A stretch of 64,000 nucleotides of DNA from Balanoglossus misakiensis (taxonomy: Eukaryota; Animalia; Hemichordata), in assembly GCA_040954595.2 (NCBI GenBank), contig CM082588.2, positions 3,660,156 through 3,724,155 on the forward strand. Direction: 5' to 3'. Under the pieces are notes generated by a model. That model did no database searches. It saw only the letters and a program-made list of their open reading frames with translations, and had not been told where the DNA came from. Shown in pieces: positions 43,022 through 54,200 of this stretch. Every line of letters starts with the position of its first letter. Within the stretch, counting starts at the first letter, position 1. A program made the position numbers and the translations under genes.

Positions 43022-43849
43022 CAGTTACAGATACATGTACATTAGAGATTATTTTAACTGCAGTAGAACACAGCACAACACCATTAGACAAATTAAAGCA
43101 ACACAAACCGAAACCTACTGGTAACACCCCAGAAGTTTTGTTTCAAGTACTTACATCGTGGGAATCTTCCGATGGGATAATATAAGCCATAGCGCCAATC
43201 CTCTGCATTTCAGCGCGTAGATCTACTAATCTCTCGGTTGTCACTGTTGTCGTTGGAGGATATATCTGCAGTGTAATAAAATCGGATAATTATATAATTG
43301 TTTTACAGGTAAGATCTATAAGGTGGTTTTATATCGTAAAGCAATGACGTTTTCGCTCTTCCAACATACCCATGATTAAACCACGGATATACATTAAGTG
43401 AGACAGGTCAAGGAGTGAAGGCAAGGAGACAGATCACTATGGTTACAAGCAGGAATAAAATCACGTGACTGTTAACTAAACGAATTCCGTATGCTTAGAT
43501 TCTCTCCGCGTCTGTGGCAAAATAATACATGTATGTGGTCGGTGTACATTGATGGTATGTTGTCGAACATATTCACTGCATGAAGAAGAAGAAGCCAGCA
43601 AACTCAGAGCAATATATTGTGCTGTTTTATTTGGGGCTTCCTCGATGACGTCAATGCGACACGCCTTACCGGATTATCCGGATCGGTGCAATCTCTCTGG
43701 GTGTCGGGGATGTCTCCGGCTCGTCGCGTCCGCTGGGCACCCGGTCTCTTGAACTGCATCGATCCTTCCTGTAGCGGGCTTGGCAAGCCATCGCACAGGC
43801 AGATGACTGTGAAGAAAAACAGAGCGTATTTCAAACCACAGCGGTACAT
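35903..43849 (-). CDS. XPNPEP2: Xaa-Pro aminopeptidase (aminopeptidase P, M24B), secreted/GPI-anchored XPNPEP2-like form, 20 exons, about 724 aa
   Basis: Exons (-): 43849-43670, 43265-43155, 42893-42830, 42694-42590, 42292-42185, 41961-41809, 41441-41346, 41154-41073, 40877-40652, 40479-40393, 40178-40066, 39591-39514, 39078-39007, 38799-38736, 38578-38509, 38319-38215, 37168-37097, 36703-36627, 36428-36330, 36115-35903 (2175 nt). [70 protein letters not shown]; N-terminal signal peptide and hydrophobic C-terminal GPI-type tail. Family assignment is firm; orthology to XPNPEP2 is inferred from architecture. Confidence 0.92.
38905..38987. repeat. (TCTG)n microsatellite
   Basis: Seen directly; aminopeptidase intron 13. 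Confidence 0.95.
40916..41053. repeat. Compound trinucleotide microsatellite (ATC)(GTC)(ATC)(AAC)(ACC)
   Basis: Successive triplet runs largely in one register; aminopeptidase intron 8. Confidence 0.95.
42933..43018. repeat. (GA)n microsatellite
   Basis: Uninterrupted GA run in aminopeptidase intron 2 (polypyrimidine on the sense strand). Confidence 0.97.
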
Positions 43850-44478
43850 TTTGTCGCGCCTTTATGGTGAAAGCTTGTACGCAATAATTCGACACTGTTG
43901 TCATAGAAACAGACGATCTTCTCCCATTGTCCATGTAATTGTGGACCGCATGCGCACCGTTCGTTATTTATGCAAATGGCCGCGTTTGCAGCTGTTCCCA
44001 GTTGCACTCGATCACCTGAGAGTGAAAGATGTGTTTGATGTGGAATCGATGTGTTCTATTTTGGTTTTATATGATAAAACTAAAATAGAACAAAGCTACT
44101 TATAATATATGCACCAGATATGTATTTGCGTTTGCCATGCCTATGGTGCATGGTGCAGGCTGCTGGGTCTAAGCATAGACAGGGGAAGATGGACATCTGT
44201 GTACTGTCTATGGTCTAAGGCATTGTGATTTGACCCTCTAGGACACTTGTTGGAATACAAACCAACAATATCATTGTGTCGACTAGAATTTATATGCATA
44301 AGCTTGAATGCCCACGCGCAAACACTCATGCGCTGCGCGGAATTTCGAATTCATATGGTACATTGCAATACACGGAAACACGTACAGCAAAGTTTTCCAA
44401 TTTTCACACAAAGACGACTTGAAAGGGATTGACAAAAAGCGACCAAGCACGCATTGGATGCAATGCCTGGCCGGCGCG

Positions 44479-44527
44479 TTCACACCATTGTTTTCTCCGA
44501 CGTTCGCAAAGTGGGCTTATATACAGC
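44479..44527 (+). promoter_or_regulatory. Copy of the H1 upstream element followed by a TATA box
   Basis: TTCACACCATTGTTTTCTCCGACGTTCGC (44479-44507) is 25/29 identical to 45423-45451 upstream of H1; TATATACAG at 44518; inverted CCAAT (GCATTGGA) at 44451. Confidence 0.6.
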
Positions 44528-44567
44528 GAGCATTTCCGCCACACGTTTGTATAGCATACTAGTAACT

Positions 44568-44645
44568 ATGATTGTGCCAGCACTGATAGTTCTAATGCTC
44601 TCGATCATACTATCGGTGGAATTTGCAGTTCAAATCATGCTGTAG
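44568..44645 (+). CDS. Candidate 25-aa hydrophobic micropeptide MIVPALIVLMLSIILSVEFAVQIML
   Basis: First ATG after the TATA box, A at -3 (AACTATGA); lies between an H1-like promoter and a histone stem-loop. Coding status is unproven. Confidence 0.4.
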   Translation: MIVPALIVLMLSIILSVEFAVQIML

Positions 44646-44750
44646 CCACTTTGAAATAAACTCAACAATACAGATATATAAACGCACACCACACATACTA
44701 GTAAACTGCGAAAACAGCGGGTCTACACAGCAGGCTAAAAGACAAAAGAA

Positions 44751-44766
44751 GGTCCTTTTCAGGACC
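44751..44766 (+). terminator. Histone-type 3' stem-loop with no histone ORF upstream
   Basis: GGTCCT-TTTC-AGGACC: perfect 6-bp stem and UUUC loop, A-rich 5' flank (AAAAGAA), 3' flank AGCA. Confidence 0.8.
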
Positions 44767-45422
44767 AGCAATGCACCAAAAACACTCGCGGCGGACTAGC
44801 TGCAGTGCTTGTGAGCTAGGAGTTTGGGCGGTTGGACGGCAACATAAAGTTGTTCAAAAAATAATTTCAAGATTTGTAATTAGACCCTGTATGTAATGAG
44901 CCCGAAATCTTGGACAGTTCTTTACGTATCCACCGTTACATTCTCACACAAATTGTGGTACGGATTTGTTCGCCGTTGGTGGCGTTGTTTGGGTCCCATG
45001 CTTCGGTGGTAAGATCCGTGAACATACCTTCACGAATCTTCAAATTTTATTGCGACTAACGTCACCTCACAGGACGCTTTTAATATCATCAACCAGAACA
45101 ATAAGTACCCCCTCTTAAAAATTATATGTCAAGTGTATTTAAGATCCAGGGGTCGAAAAATTTACAGTTTTGTGAGCGATACTAACACACCGAGCGTGGG
45201 TTCCTCATTCACCTATCGAGATTAAAAATAACGAATACTTGTCAAAACCAGACCACATCCCCTCGAATCTGTAACGGTTACATGGAGCGGAAAATGGGCT
45301 AAACGGAGATGGTGGAATAAAACGAGTTTGGTTGAAAACTGAACGAGAAAAAGGGCAAATTGTAAGCATTGGAAGCACAGACATTTGAGAAATTGGCGAT
45401 GTCTGTACAGAGCGCTTGCCTA

Positions 45423-45468
45423 TTCACACATATGTTTCCTCCGACGTTCGCGATTCTTCAATAAAAGC
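45423..45468 (+). promoter_or_regulatory. Histone H1 proximal promoter element and TATA-like box
   Basis: TTCACACATATGTTTCCTCCGACGTTCGC then CAATAAAAGC about 110 nt before the ATG; ATTGG (inverted CCAAT) at about 45368 and 45392. Confidence 0.55.
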
Positions 45469-45569
45469 TGCGCTCCTCGGTGGTGTTTCAACAAAGCCTG
45501 TGCATTGTTTCATGCAAGCATCTCTAATCCAGCTCTGGTTTGAGTAGTATCTATTTCGTATTGTAAACC

Positions 45570-46178
45570 ATGGCCGAATCCGCTCCAGCCCCGAAAACCA
45601 CGACCGAAGCACCGGTGAAGAAGTCCAAACCGGCTCCGACTCACCCGAAAACCATCGACATGGTGGTAGAGGCTATCAAATCTCTGAAAGACAAGAAGGG
45701 GAGCTCCATACAAGCCATCAAGTCCTACATCACGTCTCACTACCCGACCGTCAGCGAGTCACATCTCACCTCCAGTCTGCGCCGTGCCCTCAAGGGCGGA
45801 CTCGAGTCGGGCGTTCTTGAGCGCCCGAAGGGTTCTACCGCCTCCGGCGTCACTGGTCGCTTGCGCGTCGGCAAGCTGCCGGAGAAACCCAAGAAGAAGC
45901 CAGCTCCCAAGAAGAAGCCAGCCAAGAAACCCACGGAGAAGAAGCCAAAGGCAGTCAAGCCTAAGAAGGCCAAGGCTACCCCGAAGAAGGCTAAATCAAA
46001 AGCAACACCGAAGAAAGCCAAAACTGCTCCGAAGAAGGCCAAGTCCACGCCCAAGAAGACCACCAAGACGGCGAAACCGAAGACGGTCAAAAAGGCAGCA
46101 AAGAAACTAGCAGCCAAGAAGACACCCAAGAAAACAACAAAACCAAAGAAGCCAAAAACAAAGACTGCGAAGAAGTAA
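45570..46178 (+). CDS. H1: Linker histone H1, intronless, 202 aa
   Basis: Globular winged-helix domain (HPKTIDMVVEAIKSLKDKKGSSIQAIKSYI..LRRALKGGLESGVL..GVTGRLRV), Lys/Ala/Pro-rich tail with TPKK repeats; Kozak AAACCATGG. Confidence 0.97.
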   Translation: MAESAPAPKTTTEAPVKKSKPAPTHPKTIDMVVEAIKSLKDKKGSSIQAIKSYITSHYPTVSESHLTSSLRRALKGGLESGVLERPKGSTASGVTGRLRVGKLPEKPKKKPAPKKKPAKKPTEKKPKAVKPKKAKATPKKAKSKATPKKAKTAPKKAKSTPKKTTKTAKPKTVKKAAKKLAAKKTPKKTTKPKKPKTKTAKK

Positions 46179-46211
46179 ATTCGCAGTTCACAAATAAAAC
46201 CAAACCAAAAC

Positions 46212-46248
46212 GGCCCTTTTCAGGGCCACCACATCCTCCGAAAGAGAA
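46212..46248 (+). terminator. Histone 3' stem-loop and purine-rich downstream element of H1
   Basis: GGCCCT-TTTC-AGGGCC (46212-46227) followed by ACCACA and GAAAGAGA (about 46240-46247); AATAAA at 46193-46198 upstream of the hairpin. Confidence 0.93.
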
Positions 46249-49242
46249 TACCTCATATTTTATTCCACACCACACTATTCAGCCATCACCATGACATTGC
46301 CTTACGGCAAAGGTGTACACATATTGCTCTTACTGTTATTGACACATCATTTTGTGACCCTTGCCCAGACTTGCTCCAGCTCTATGCCATATTAAATTAA
46401 GTGAATTGCGCCCAAATTTGTCCAGAGTTTCTATAACGTTTAAGGAATGACCGCCTAAGTGGGGGGTATTACGCATGCTCTCGTGAGTAAAGACAATGCA
46501 GAAAGTTATTTGAAATTCTTTCTATGACAAGGAGGTGTGTATGCGAAGCACATAAGCTTTATGTAATCTGCGGCCTAAGGAAACTTCGTACCCAGGGACT
46601 GAATTAGTGGCCCTCAAATTGCGCCTGGTGCGTGAGATTCAAATTTGCTTATACCAAAAACGAGCACCATCCATTTCCAGACATGCTACAGCAACTGATA
46701 ACGCGATAAGCAAAGGTAAAAGCGCATATCACTACATCTGATTTTAATCGGATTGCGGGAAAGAGAACAAAAAAAACGATCCATCAACAGAGAACCGCGA
46801 ACAAAACAAACTGGTGATCGACTTTGAAGAGTTGACCAAACGGGTCAAGATATAACGGCCCACACGCGGATCATATTTCTATGTTAACTATTAAATATCA
46901 ATTGATGTTACAGTAGCTCATATATCATGTCGTTCATATATCACGATGACCCTGGGAACAGGCTAATATGTGTTGAGCAGCTTTACTTTACACTCCAGCG
47001 TTCTTATACGCAACTCTTTAGACCGAAGTTTTCTCCGCTTTCGCGTTCGACCACTTACGCAAAAGCCTTATCTCCGTTATATATGAAAACTTAACAAACC
47101 CTTCGCATATGACATAACATTGCTGGTACGTGGAAAAGACAAACAAAATAAAGTAAAGTTGTTCTTTTTCTGTCGGGTGGCTCTTTGTGGCTTTTACACC
47201 AGAACGGAGCGGAGAAAATGCATACAAGACTGACTCCTTCGGGTCAATAAACAAAACGCGTGAAAAGTGTTCTTGTGTGACCCCTGGGAAAGGGAACTCT
47301 TTCGTGGCCTGGTGAGATTTCCGACTGCATCGCGAATTTTGCCATGTGATAGGGCCCCTCCATTGCGTTGAACCGTGGTGTGAATTACACAAGATTGACC
47401 GCGTTGGTTCGCTGGTTGGTAAAAGGTGAGGGAAACAGCTTTATTTCTGTTTAGGCCAAATACATACTTCTGTTTTCAAAGTCTAGCAAGGGATAGGAAT
47501 GCAATATGTTTTAAATCATTCGCTTTCACAACCGCGCAATGATGCATGTTGAAAGCGCAATTACGATCAACAGAGCGTTACCACCACAACTCTCAAGTAT
47601 ATCGCAGACCCAAGAAAATGTGTTAATCTTACCCAGTACACACGCCGCTGCGAGAAGAACACCCTTCCCAGCCATGATTCGCGTAGGAAAGTTGCTCTGG
47701 AAACGATATCGACGACTTAAAAAACCCGATTACGGACGAGAATTCCCGGGTGATGCTTTTTTGACCTTCGGTGGAACTGCAGTGTCCGGGAGGAACGCGA
47801 CGGCTGTAGAGATCTCCTACAAGAAAAACCGCCCACTTGCGCACAAACGTATCAGGCTACGGGAATAGTTAACCGCCCGGGGAGGGGTGGAACTGAATAT
47901 TCGATTAGATATGATTTACAGGACTTCGTTCCCCGTTATCGCTTTTGACGCTGACGAAGTCGCTGTTCTATAAGACCACGACCTTTGACCTGTGCAGGGG
48001 GTCTGGCCAATAATCAAATCTCATAAATTTTCCTACAATAAACTTTCATCGATAAGCTTGTTTGATATAAACTCCTCCTTATCGTGAACACTGATGAAAA
48101 ATCATCGCGTGTTGAGCGTGGCGTGAGAACGGAGGGAGAGGTGACCTCCTTGGAGTGACGCAGACGTAAGACGAGCGATGCAATCGTCATCTTCTTCGAC
48201 GAACAACCAAGATGACGCGACGATCTGCCGAAATCAACTGCACTGGCAAGTCTGGCTATTGTTAAATATGCGTTGAAAACTTTTTTTTTCGGGGAAATAA
48301 CAGTATTCTCGCGTTTGGACTTCAGTAGTTAGAAGCTCTTTGTAAGTATAACTAAATTGTCGGACTTACTCATCGGTTACTGAAATTAAATTTCGTCGTT
48401 GACGTAAAGCGGCAGGCGGTGAGCTCGTGATAATCTAGTGATTATATGCGGATTACTTCTATACAGGTAAGAATTCTCCAACACGCTGTAAACCTCCGAA
48501 GATGCTGTGCACAACAGACTTACCGAGAAGTTTCACAGTGACTGGTTGTACCAGTGTCATCAATTGGCCAATTTTGCTGGACGAAACTGCCGGAATCTAC
48601 CCACAACATCTAAAGTAAAAGAAAGCAATTATACTGTTCAGGTTTCAACTTTGTCTGCAGTTACAACTAATACAGGTAAAAGGGAAACAGAAGAACTTCG
48701 GGATCATCTGCACCATGGAGGGGAATGTTGGCCAAACTACCAGTGTTGGACGGCGATGCGGTATAATGACGATCTCTTAAGAACACGGGCTACTTTCGAG
48801 CTGATGAGGTAAGTTGGTTTAGGCCAACGTTTCAAAACCGCGTCTAAAAGTGTATTTGGTCAGTAATATTATAATTCAATGGTGGAGTGAAGTGGTTGTT
48901 TCACCGTTTATGCGAGTAAGGAGATTCACATGTGAACTTATAAAAGTATTGCTGCCAATTTGGCCAACAGAAGATGACGCTTAATGAGAAAGCCAACCGG
49001 CTGATGGAACGAGTACGGTCCTAATGACCTTGGTCGTCTTGACTCCGAAAGTACTTTGACTTGAGCAATTATCCAAAACATAAATCTTTTCAATGGGCTG
49101 CGTGGTATCGGGTATACCAGTTTTTCAGGGGTTAACCAATTGGGTTGAGGGAGGAGGGGGTGACGACATAAGGTCACTTCTGGACGCATGCTCCTGGCAC
49201 AAAACTTTGTGGACATTACCAGGGCCAAGTCTCAATTTAGGG

Positions 49243-49458
49243 CAGGGTTCTCCCCACGCTGGTCAGCGGTGCTCGGGCCAGACCAGCACTCAAGTGAAAA
49301 AGCTAGCAAAAAAAGTCTGCCAGCAGGCACTACTTAGTACTCAATCTGGTTTCATCTTGATACGTTGATGAATGGGTTAGACTTGCAACAGATGTGAATA
49401 TTAATGAGTATGCATATTAATGAGTAGCCAGCACTCAAGTCAAGTCAGGTGGAACCCT
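49243..49458. mobile_element. Putative MITE (CAGGG-type terminus, hAT-like)
   Basis: CAGGGTTCTCCCC ... GGTGGAACCCT imperfect inverted ends; internal direct repeats CCAGCACTCAAGT (49283, 49428) and ATATTAATGAGTA (49398, 49414). Confidence 0.35.
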
Positions 49459-51230
49459 CCCCCCCCCCCCCGGCAGTGGCACGACGATTGGATATCACTT
49501 CCTTATGTATGGTCCTATATCTAACAAACAAACGTGGTCCCTTGAACCTTTCCATTAAAACACTCCATCTACAAGAATCTTCCAACACCACTGTATGCTT
49601 TATTTTCAAATAAATACATCAAAATTTACATTTCAAGAGTTGCGTTTTTTTAACAGCACTGCTGCATGCAGTGGGCATATTGCACAGGTTTTCCCTTACA
49701 ACAAAAGACAATTAAACTGGGGGGGGGGGGGGAGAGACACACCAGGGACGATATTTTATGTCATAACAATGGCAAATGCCAATTACATGTATACTTCCAT
49801 ATACGGACAAAATATGGGTAATAGGTACCGATATACTTAGAGACATTAGGGTCTGAAAACATTAAATCAAATCCCCAGGCAGCTTTTAATTAAATTGCTT
49901 TTACACGCAGAAAACTAATAATATGCTTCAACAACAAAAACACGTTGGTGGTCTTATTCTGCTAACAAAAAAACATAAAACTGAATAACTTATATAAATA
50001 ACATAAATAGCTTTCTGAAATACCTCTTTTGCAGAGAATGTTACTTCGCTTATGCTATGCTGTGTGTTTCACTAAACAAATTAAACTTGCCTTAGTAATG
50101 GTGACATGTAAACGCAATATACCAAGAACTAACTTTAGGGGGGATACATAATTAACAGTGCATTTTGGGATCTTGTAAATTTCTTACCAGGAACTGTGTA
50201 TAAAAGAACACACTTGTGCATGTACTGAAAACTACCGACTCACACTGCTTGAGTGTCCATACAACATACTCTATTTTCAACCCTTATATTTTCAAACCAT
50301 GACAAGTTGGACAGTCGCAACATGCAAAGTCTTGTAAATGATACTATTAAAACTCTTTTAAAACCTCTAAAAGCGGCAAAATTGCATTGGAAGCCCCATG
50401 AAGTTCCCCTGAAGCATGGCATTATATATGTTACAAAGTGCCACTTTAAACCATTTAGCATAATTCGTACCGATTCTTAAATTGAAAATTACTCTCACTG
50501 ATTGATTAATTCTTATTTTTCCATCATTTTCAAAATTTTGTTTACAAAATTATATACAACTTGTTAATTTCTACTTACAGACACCTCTGCTGATTTTCAC
50601 CAATTGTTTTTCACCAAATGCTCCTCTAAAGCATGTTGTAGGCTAACACATCATGGAAAATAACCAGCTTCATCATTGGAGATTTGTACAGGTAATCATA
50701 CACTCTTGAGGCTACAGCCTTCGTAACGTGTGTTCACCCAGTCATGGATGCTGGCCTGGGTCAAAAGTCAGGGGTTATCTATACGTGTGAAATATATTTT
50801 CTCCAATGCTTTCCTTTCACTTGCTAACCACATGTACAATCTGTTCAGAACAGCTACTGGTCGAACAAGAGTGTGTTGACGAATAACTAATCAGACAGAT
50901 GGTGGCCATTATAAATCTGAATATGTATTGACCACACCACCAAATATGGCCGGAAAGAGCTATGATTTCTGTCACTGCATTGGCTAAATGTCAAATAGAC
51001 GTAGTTTGAAACAAAGAGTTTGTGTACCAGTGTTTGTTTGTATGTGTGCATGCCAAAGTTCAACACATTGTGATATACACGATATGTATGAAATTGGTTT
51101 GGTTTTTTAAATATATCCAGTGTTATCTTGATATTTAGGACAACCTATTTGGTACAGTCACATGAAAATCATAAATAGCATCACATTTTGTCATTTTATA
51201 TAAAAAGATACTCTTTGGAGAGGGCTGGGT

Positions 51231-54200
51231 TTAATTAACAAGAGGATCTAGAAAGTCTCTCTCGATCATTCTCTCGATGAACTGCATTGGTGCAGTGGTG
51301 GATGGTCTGCTCTCTGCATCGTCGGCCTTGCTCGTTACCGAGGTGATACTGTCCCTCCTGATGTGTCTGTACGGTCTCTCCTGTGATTGGCTGAGCTGCT
51401 GGGACTCGAGCAGGGCCGTGCTGCTCTGTGATAGGCTGAGCGAGGTCAGGCTGCCTCCCAATTGGTGGATGTGGCAGAGGGTGTTGAAGAACTGCTGCAG
51501 TTGGCAGATGGACTTGATGTTGTACATGGTTAGGAGTGGCCTCCCCGGGATGCTTTTGATCAGGGTCAGGTCTTCGGTGTTGTCAAGCTGTAGGGCAAAA
51601 GCAAACATAGTACATTTGTATTAAACTTGAGTTACCGTCCATTTCTTGGACAGCTTTGTGTACTGAAACCTTTAGAAAGACCAATGTATTTGCTTTGGCA
51701 TTTTTGTTGCTACAAAACACATCTGGTATTCACAGCTATAACTGCCATTTCAAGTGTGAAAATTTCTCATGTGGAATTAAAGGTATGCATTACATGCTTG
51801 AGAGAAAACAGACCAGGGACGTCAGAATCTGGTTTCAGATAAATACACATGCACAATAATACAGGAATATTTGCCAATGTCATAAATTGTGTTATCGGTG
51901 TTTGAGTTGAGGGTGGTACCCAAGGTAAATAGTCGCTAGGGTTCCCAAGCCCTAGTTGTTTAACCAGGTTTTCCTTTAGTATATGTCAATTAATGCAGTA
52001 ATATTTATGAGTAATAAAATATTACCAGGGTTTCCAAATCATTTAACAATCTTCCCTAATCCTAGCAAAAACACACAGAGAATCATACACACATTGATTA
52101 AGAAGATTGATAGCTGTACACAGCTGTTCCGTCTCATATCCAAGTAACGTGATCCCTCAATACCTGGTAAATTGATAAGTGCTGTACATGTATAACAGTT
52201 GGAAGGGCTATTGTCGCATGCCAAGCTATGCGGTCGGCGTTTCATCATGTATCCATTACAGTGATGTAAATTTGGAATATTTATAACTCAATCACTTATG
52301 ATATCGGGTGTCACATGACATTTGTGTAACATCTGACCTTCAACAATCCATTGACAAAGGGTCATTTTGAAATAGGGTCACTTTGGTAATTTTAGACACT
52401 ACAATAATTTTTCATGTTTGGTGCACTGTGCTCCCAGTACGAACTAGAGCATATGTTCATACTGGTTAGCTCAGAAATGGGCAGAGAATGACTAGTCCGC
52501 AGCTAGACCACACAGCTTGGCTGCCTTTAATACGAAACATGAAAACTACAAGCTGAATCAAGTCCTGGTGTCGCAATATACATGTACATATACTTACTCT
52601 CTTATTGATCAAATGTGCCAGTCTTGGTATGTGAGGCACAAACTGCTTCTTCAGCATGTCTAGGCCGCTGTTGTCTCCAATGAAGGCCCACTTATATCTG
52701 AAAACCAAAATAAAAAAAAAGAACACCAACTTTAAAATACCTGTTTTAATTTTGCCAAATTTTCGTTGCTTGTTCTTATCACTGAAACTTATACTAAAAC
52801 ATGTTACGGCAAAATGATGTGAATGACCACCAATGCAGGTGCTTTGTTCAGACATACATGTACTCAAGATTATCTTTTGTTTAGGCAGTATATTTAGGTT
52901 TGAGTAACCGGAAAGAACCTGCTAAGATTCTACACAACCTTTCAATCACTAGTGTCAAACATCACTCTGGGTACACACGATGCTGGTATGGAATTTACTT
53001 TTCGTGTTTGGATATCAGAGACAAAGCATTGTTAAATCTACGGTATCAAAATATGATCTCTCAAATCATAAACATGCCAGCTATATCGGGAGTTTTCTGT
53101 CACAGGTGAGGGAGTCTTGCCACCCAAAGTGACACATGTTTGTTGAAATATTTCCTATTATCACTGCCTTTGTGTTTTACATTTCTGCCTCTGGTTTCCC
53201 TGGCCAACAAATGTTATTACGTGTTGCATTTATTTTTTTAAGACTGATAGGAATTTGACACATGACATTTCTGGTTCAGTCCCAGGACTGCGTAACCACC
53301 ATAGCTGAAGCCAACATACAGTCTTTGGAAATCTCTACTTGGAGTGTTTGTTTTCACTGTTCTTAAAGACACAAACAGTCAAGGCAAAATGTGTGAGAAC
53401 AGCCATTATCAATCATCATTATCTTAAACACCACTGCCACATCAAGAACCTTATCTGTAAATACTTCAGATTTTCACACCAAAGGAGTGATTTTACAAGC
53501 AACATAACCTTTAACCTTTTCACCACCATGGTACAAAAGAGTACTGTCACTATTTTTTCCTCTTCCCTATGAATCTTTTTGTTGCCACGACAACAGGACC
53601 TTCATCACAAGAGGACAAAAGGCGATTGTTTTAACTGGAATGTTTTCTTTATATTAAGTTCGATAACAAGTCTTTGTTTGCCTTTGTGTTTGCATACAAT
53701 GCAGCTGCCAGAAAACAATGAAGACTGTCATTGTGCGGGAGTCAATTGTGAACACAAGGTCATGTCAGAATATCATTTCATATAAACGGAGTATGGTACT
53801 TTTTCTGAAGTGGTTTTGGGGACAGTTACTTCCAGACAATTACAGTGGGTGCCGTAACAGAACATGCGACTTTACCAAGTCTGCAACTATCAAAGCAGGA
53901 CTTAGGAGGGACTGTAAACAACTTTGCATCATCTCTCATTCTGAACAGCACCATTAGACATTACCAATGTACTGGACTTTGGGCTGTATAAATTTATTTG
54001 TTTGTTTGACTGATTCTCCTCTAGTTTGCTACATTTATATTTAGGCACTTATCTATTACTATGTTTACGCATCTGTATTTGTTTTTTATGTATCAAAATT
54101 ACATCATAAATCTCCGATTCTGAAAATAAAGATGACAGGTCACTCCTAGTATTTATTCAGGTGACTGTCGTCAGTTTGTTTGATTTGAAGATGATTTGGG

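Noticed and set aside
42825-43185. RE-repeat and SL-repeat ORFs
   Set aside because: Intronic (GA)n microsatellite.
44454-44567. Longer 63-aa version of the micro-ORF starting at 44454
   Set aside because: It starts upstream of, and runs through, the promoter element and TATA; ATG 44568 fits better.
45740-46129. Hydrophobic Phe/Leu/Ala ORF on the minus strand
   Set aside because: Antisense of the Lys-rich H1 tail.
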